A DNA stretch of 64,000 bases, from assembly GCA_030390025.1 (NCBI GenBank), contig CM059432.1, positions 42,534,001 to 42,598,000 on the forward strand, in the 5' to 3' direction. The translations under genes were made by a program, and so were the position numbers. Source of the stretch: Squalus acanthias (lineage: Eukaryota). Positions 63,201-64,000 of the stretch are shown one piece after another. Each line of letters starts with the position of its first letter. The first letter of the stretch is position 1. The notes under the pieces are model-generated. The model made no database searches. It was given only the letters and a program-made list of their open reading frames with translations, and was not told the DNA's origin.

Positions 63201-64000
63201 GCGGTGAGAGAGGTTCTCCCAATGAGGTGGGACTACACACACAATCCAAAACTTGTCACCTACAGAAAAGTGTAAATGCATTAAAAATGATTTTCCCAAC
63301 ATTTTCTTACCTCTGAAACTCACCAGTGTACCATTGGATCCTTCACACCACTTCTGCAGCTGTCATCAATGCAGAAACATTACAGTAGACCCACAGCACG
63401 CCACAATTACCTAGCGTGGTGTCCGGACATCGGGAAGCCCGCAGTAGACCTGTCAAAATTGCAAAAAGCCTTTTAACTGCCTGTTAACAACCTATTAACA
63501 AGCAGTTAAGTGCCTATAATCCTCTTCCAGCCACTAGGTGTTGGGTCCATGCGCAAATCGGGGACCCAACACCTGGGAAGATTGTTTTGAGGCGGCTTGA
63601 CAGCGGGTTTCTGACCCGCTGTCAATCTTTGCGATTTTGCCGGATGTCCCGTCTCCAAACCCACCCACTGAGCGCTGGCAAAATTCCGGCCTTTGTGTCT
63701 GCCTTCACGGAAGAAGACACAAAAACTTCCCAGAAATAGTGGAGTACCAAGGCTCTAGCGAGAATGAGGAACTGAAAGAAATTAGTAATAGTAAAAAAAA
63801 GTACTGGAGAAATTAATCGGACTGAAACCCGATAAATCCCCTGGACCTGATGGCCAAATCCTAGGGTTTTGAAAGAGGTGGCTATAGAGATAGTGGATGC
63901 ATTAGTTGTCATTTTCCAAAATTCCATCGATTCTGTAACGGTTCCTGCAGATTGGAAGGTAGCAAATTTAACCCCACTAATTAAGAAAGGAGTGAGAGAG
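60287..64000 (+). mobile_element. CR1 LINE 5' part: 5' UTR, ORF1 (zinc finger/leucine zipper + SGNH esterase, 60550-61505, frameshifted) and a disrupted ORF2
   Basis: C..C…C..C plus heptad leucines; GDSIVR, HVGTND and DGLHLN; APE motifs downstream. Confidence 0.92.
62827..63691. mobile_element. Harbinger-like MITE inserted in CR1 ORF2
   Basis: TIRs GGCCGCGATTTT / AAAATTCCGGCC and TSD TTT. The CR1 reads AAATACTTT|GTGTCT when it is removed. Confidence 0.85.

Noticed and set aside
1..64000. CRISPR array or prokaryotic defence/retron system suggested by the many RT ORFs
   Set aside because: There are no repeat-spacer arrays or operons. All RTs are eukaryotic CR1/L2/Penelope/Gypsy types.

Overview
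Eukaryotic, transposon-dense vertebrate DNA. It is most likely from a cartilaginous fish, inferred from the SacSINE1-like DeuSINEs and the CR1/L2/Penelope/Harbinger mix. I found no confidently identifiable host gene, rRNA, tRNA or CRISPR array, and almost all long ORFs are CR1 ORF1/ORF2 or their antisense shadows. Most of the window is nested, decayed mobile DNA: at least nine CR1 LINE pieces, L2 pieces, and Penelope-like elements with inverted pLTRs that carry minimal hammerhead-ribozyme motifs. It also holds PIF/Harbinger elements (DDE transposase plus Myb/SANT gene) with their MITEs, a solo LTR, and a 9.3-kb Gypsy relic (23617-32891) with several later insertions. The most striking item is a 1.3-kb non-autonomous hAT element (30883-32187; perfect 15-bp TIRs, 8-bp TSD) inserted in the Gypsy gag. 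It carries a captured histone H1 gene fragment with a histone stem-loop, plus a second exon/intron-like fragment, so it looks like a Pack-type gene-capturing element. Boundaries were read by eye and are approximate unless TIR/TSD positions are quoted.
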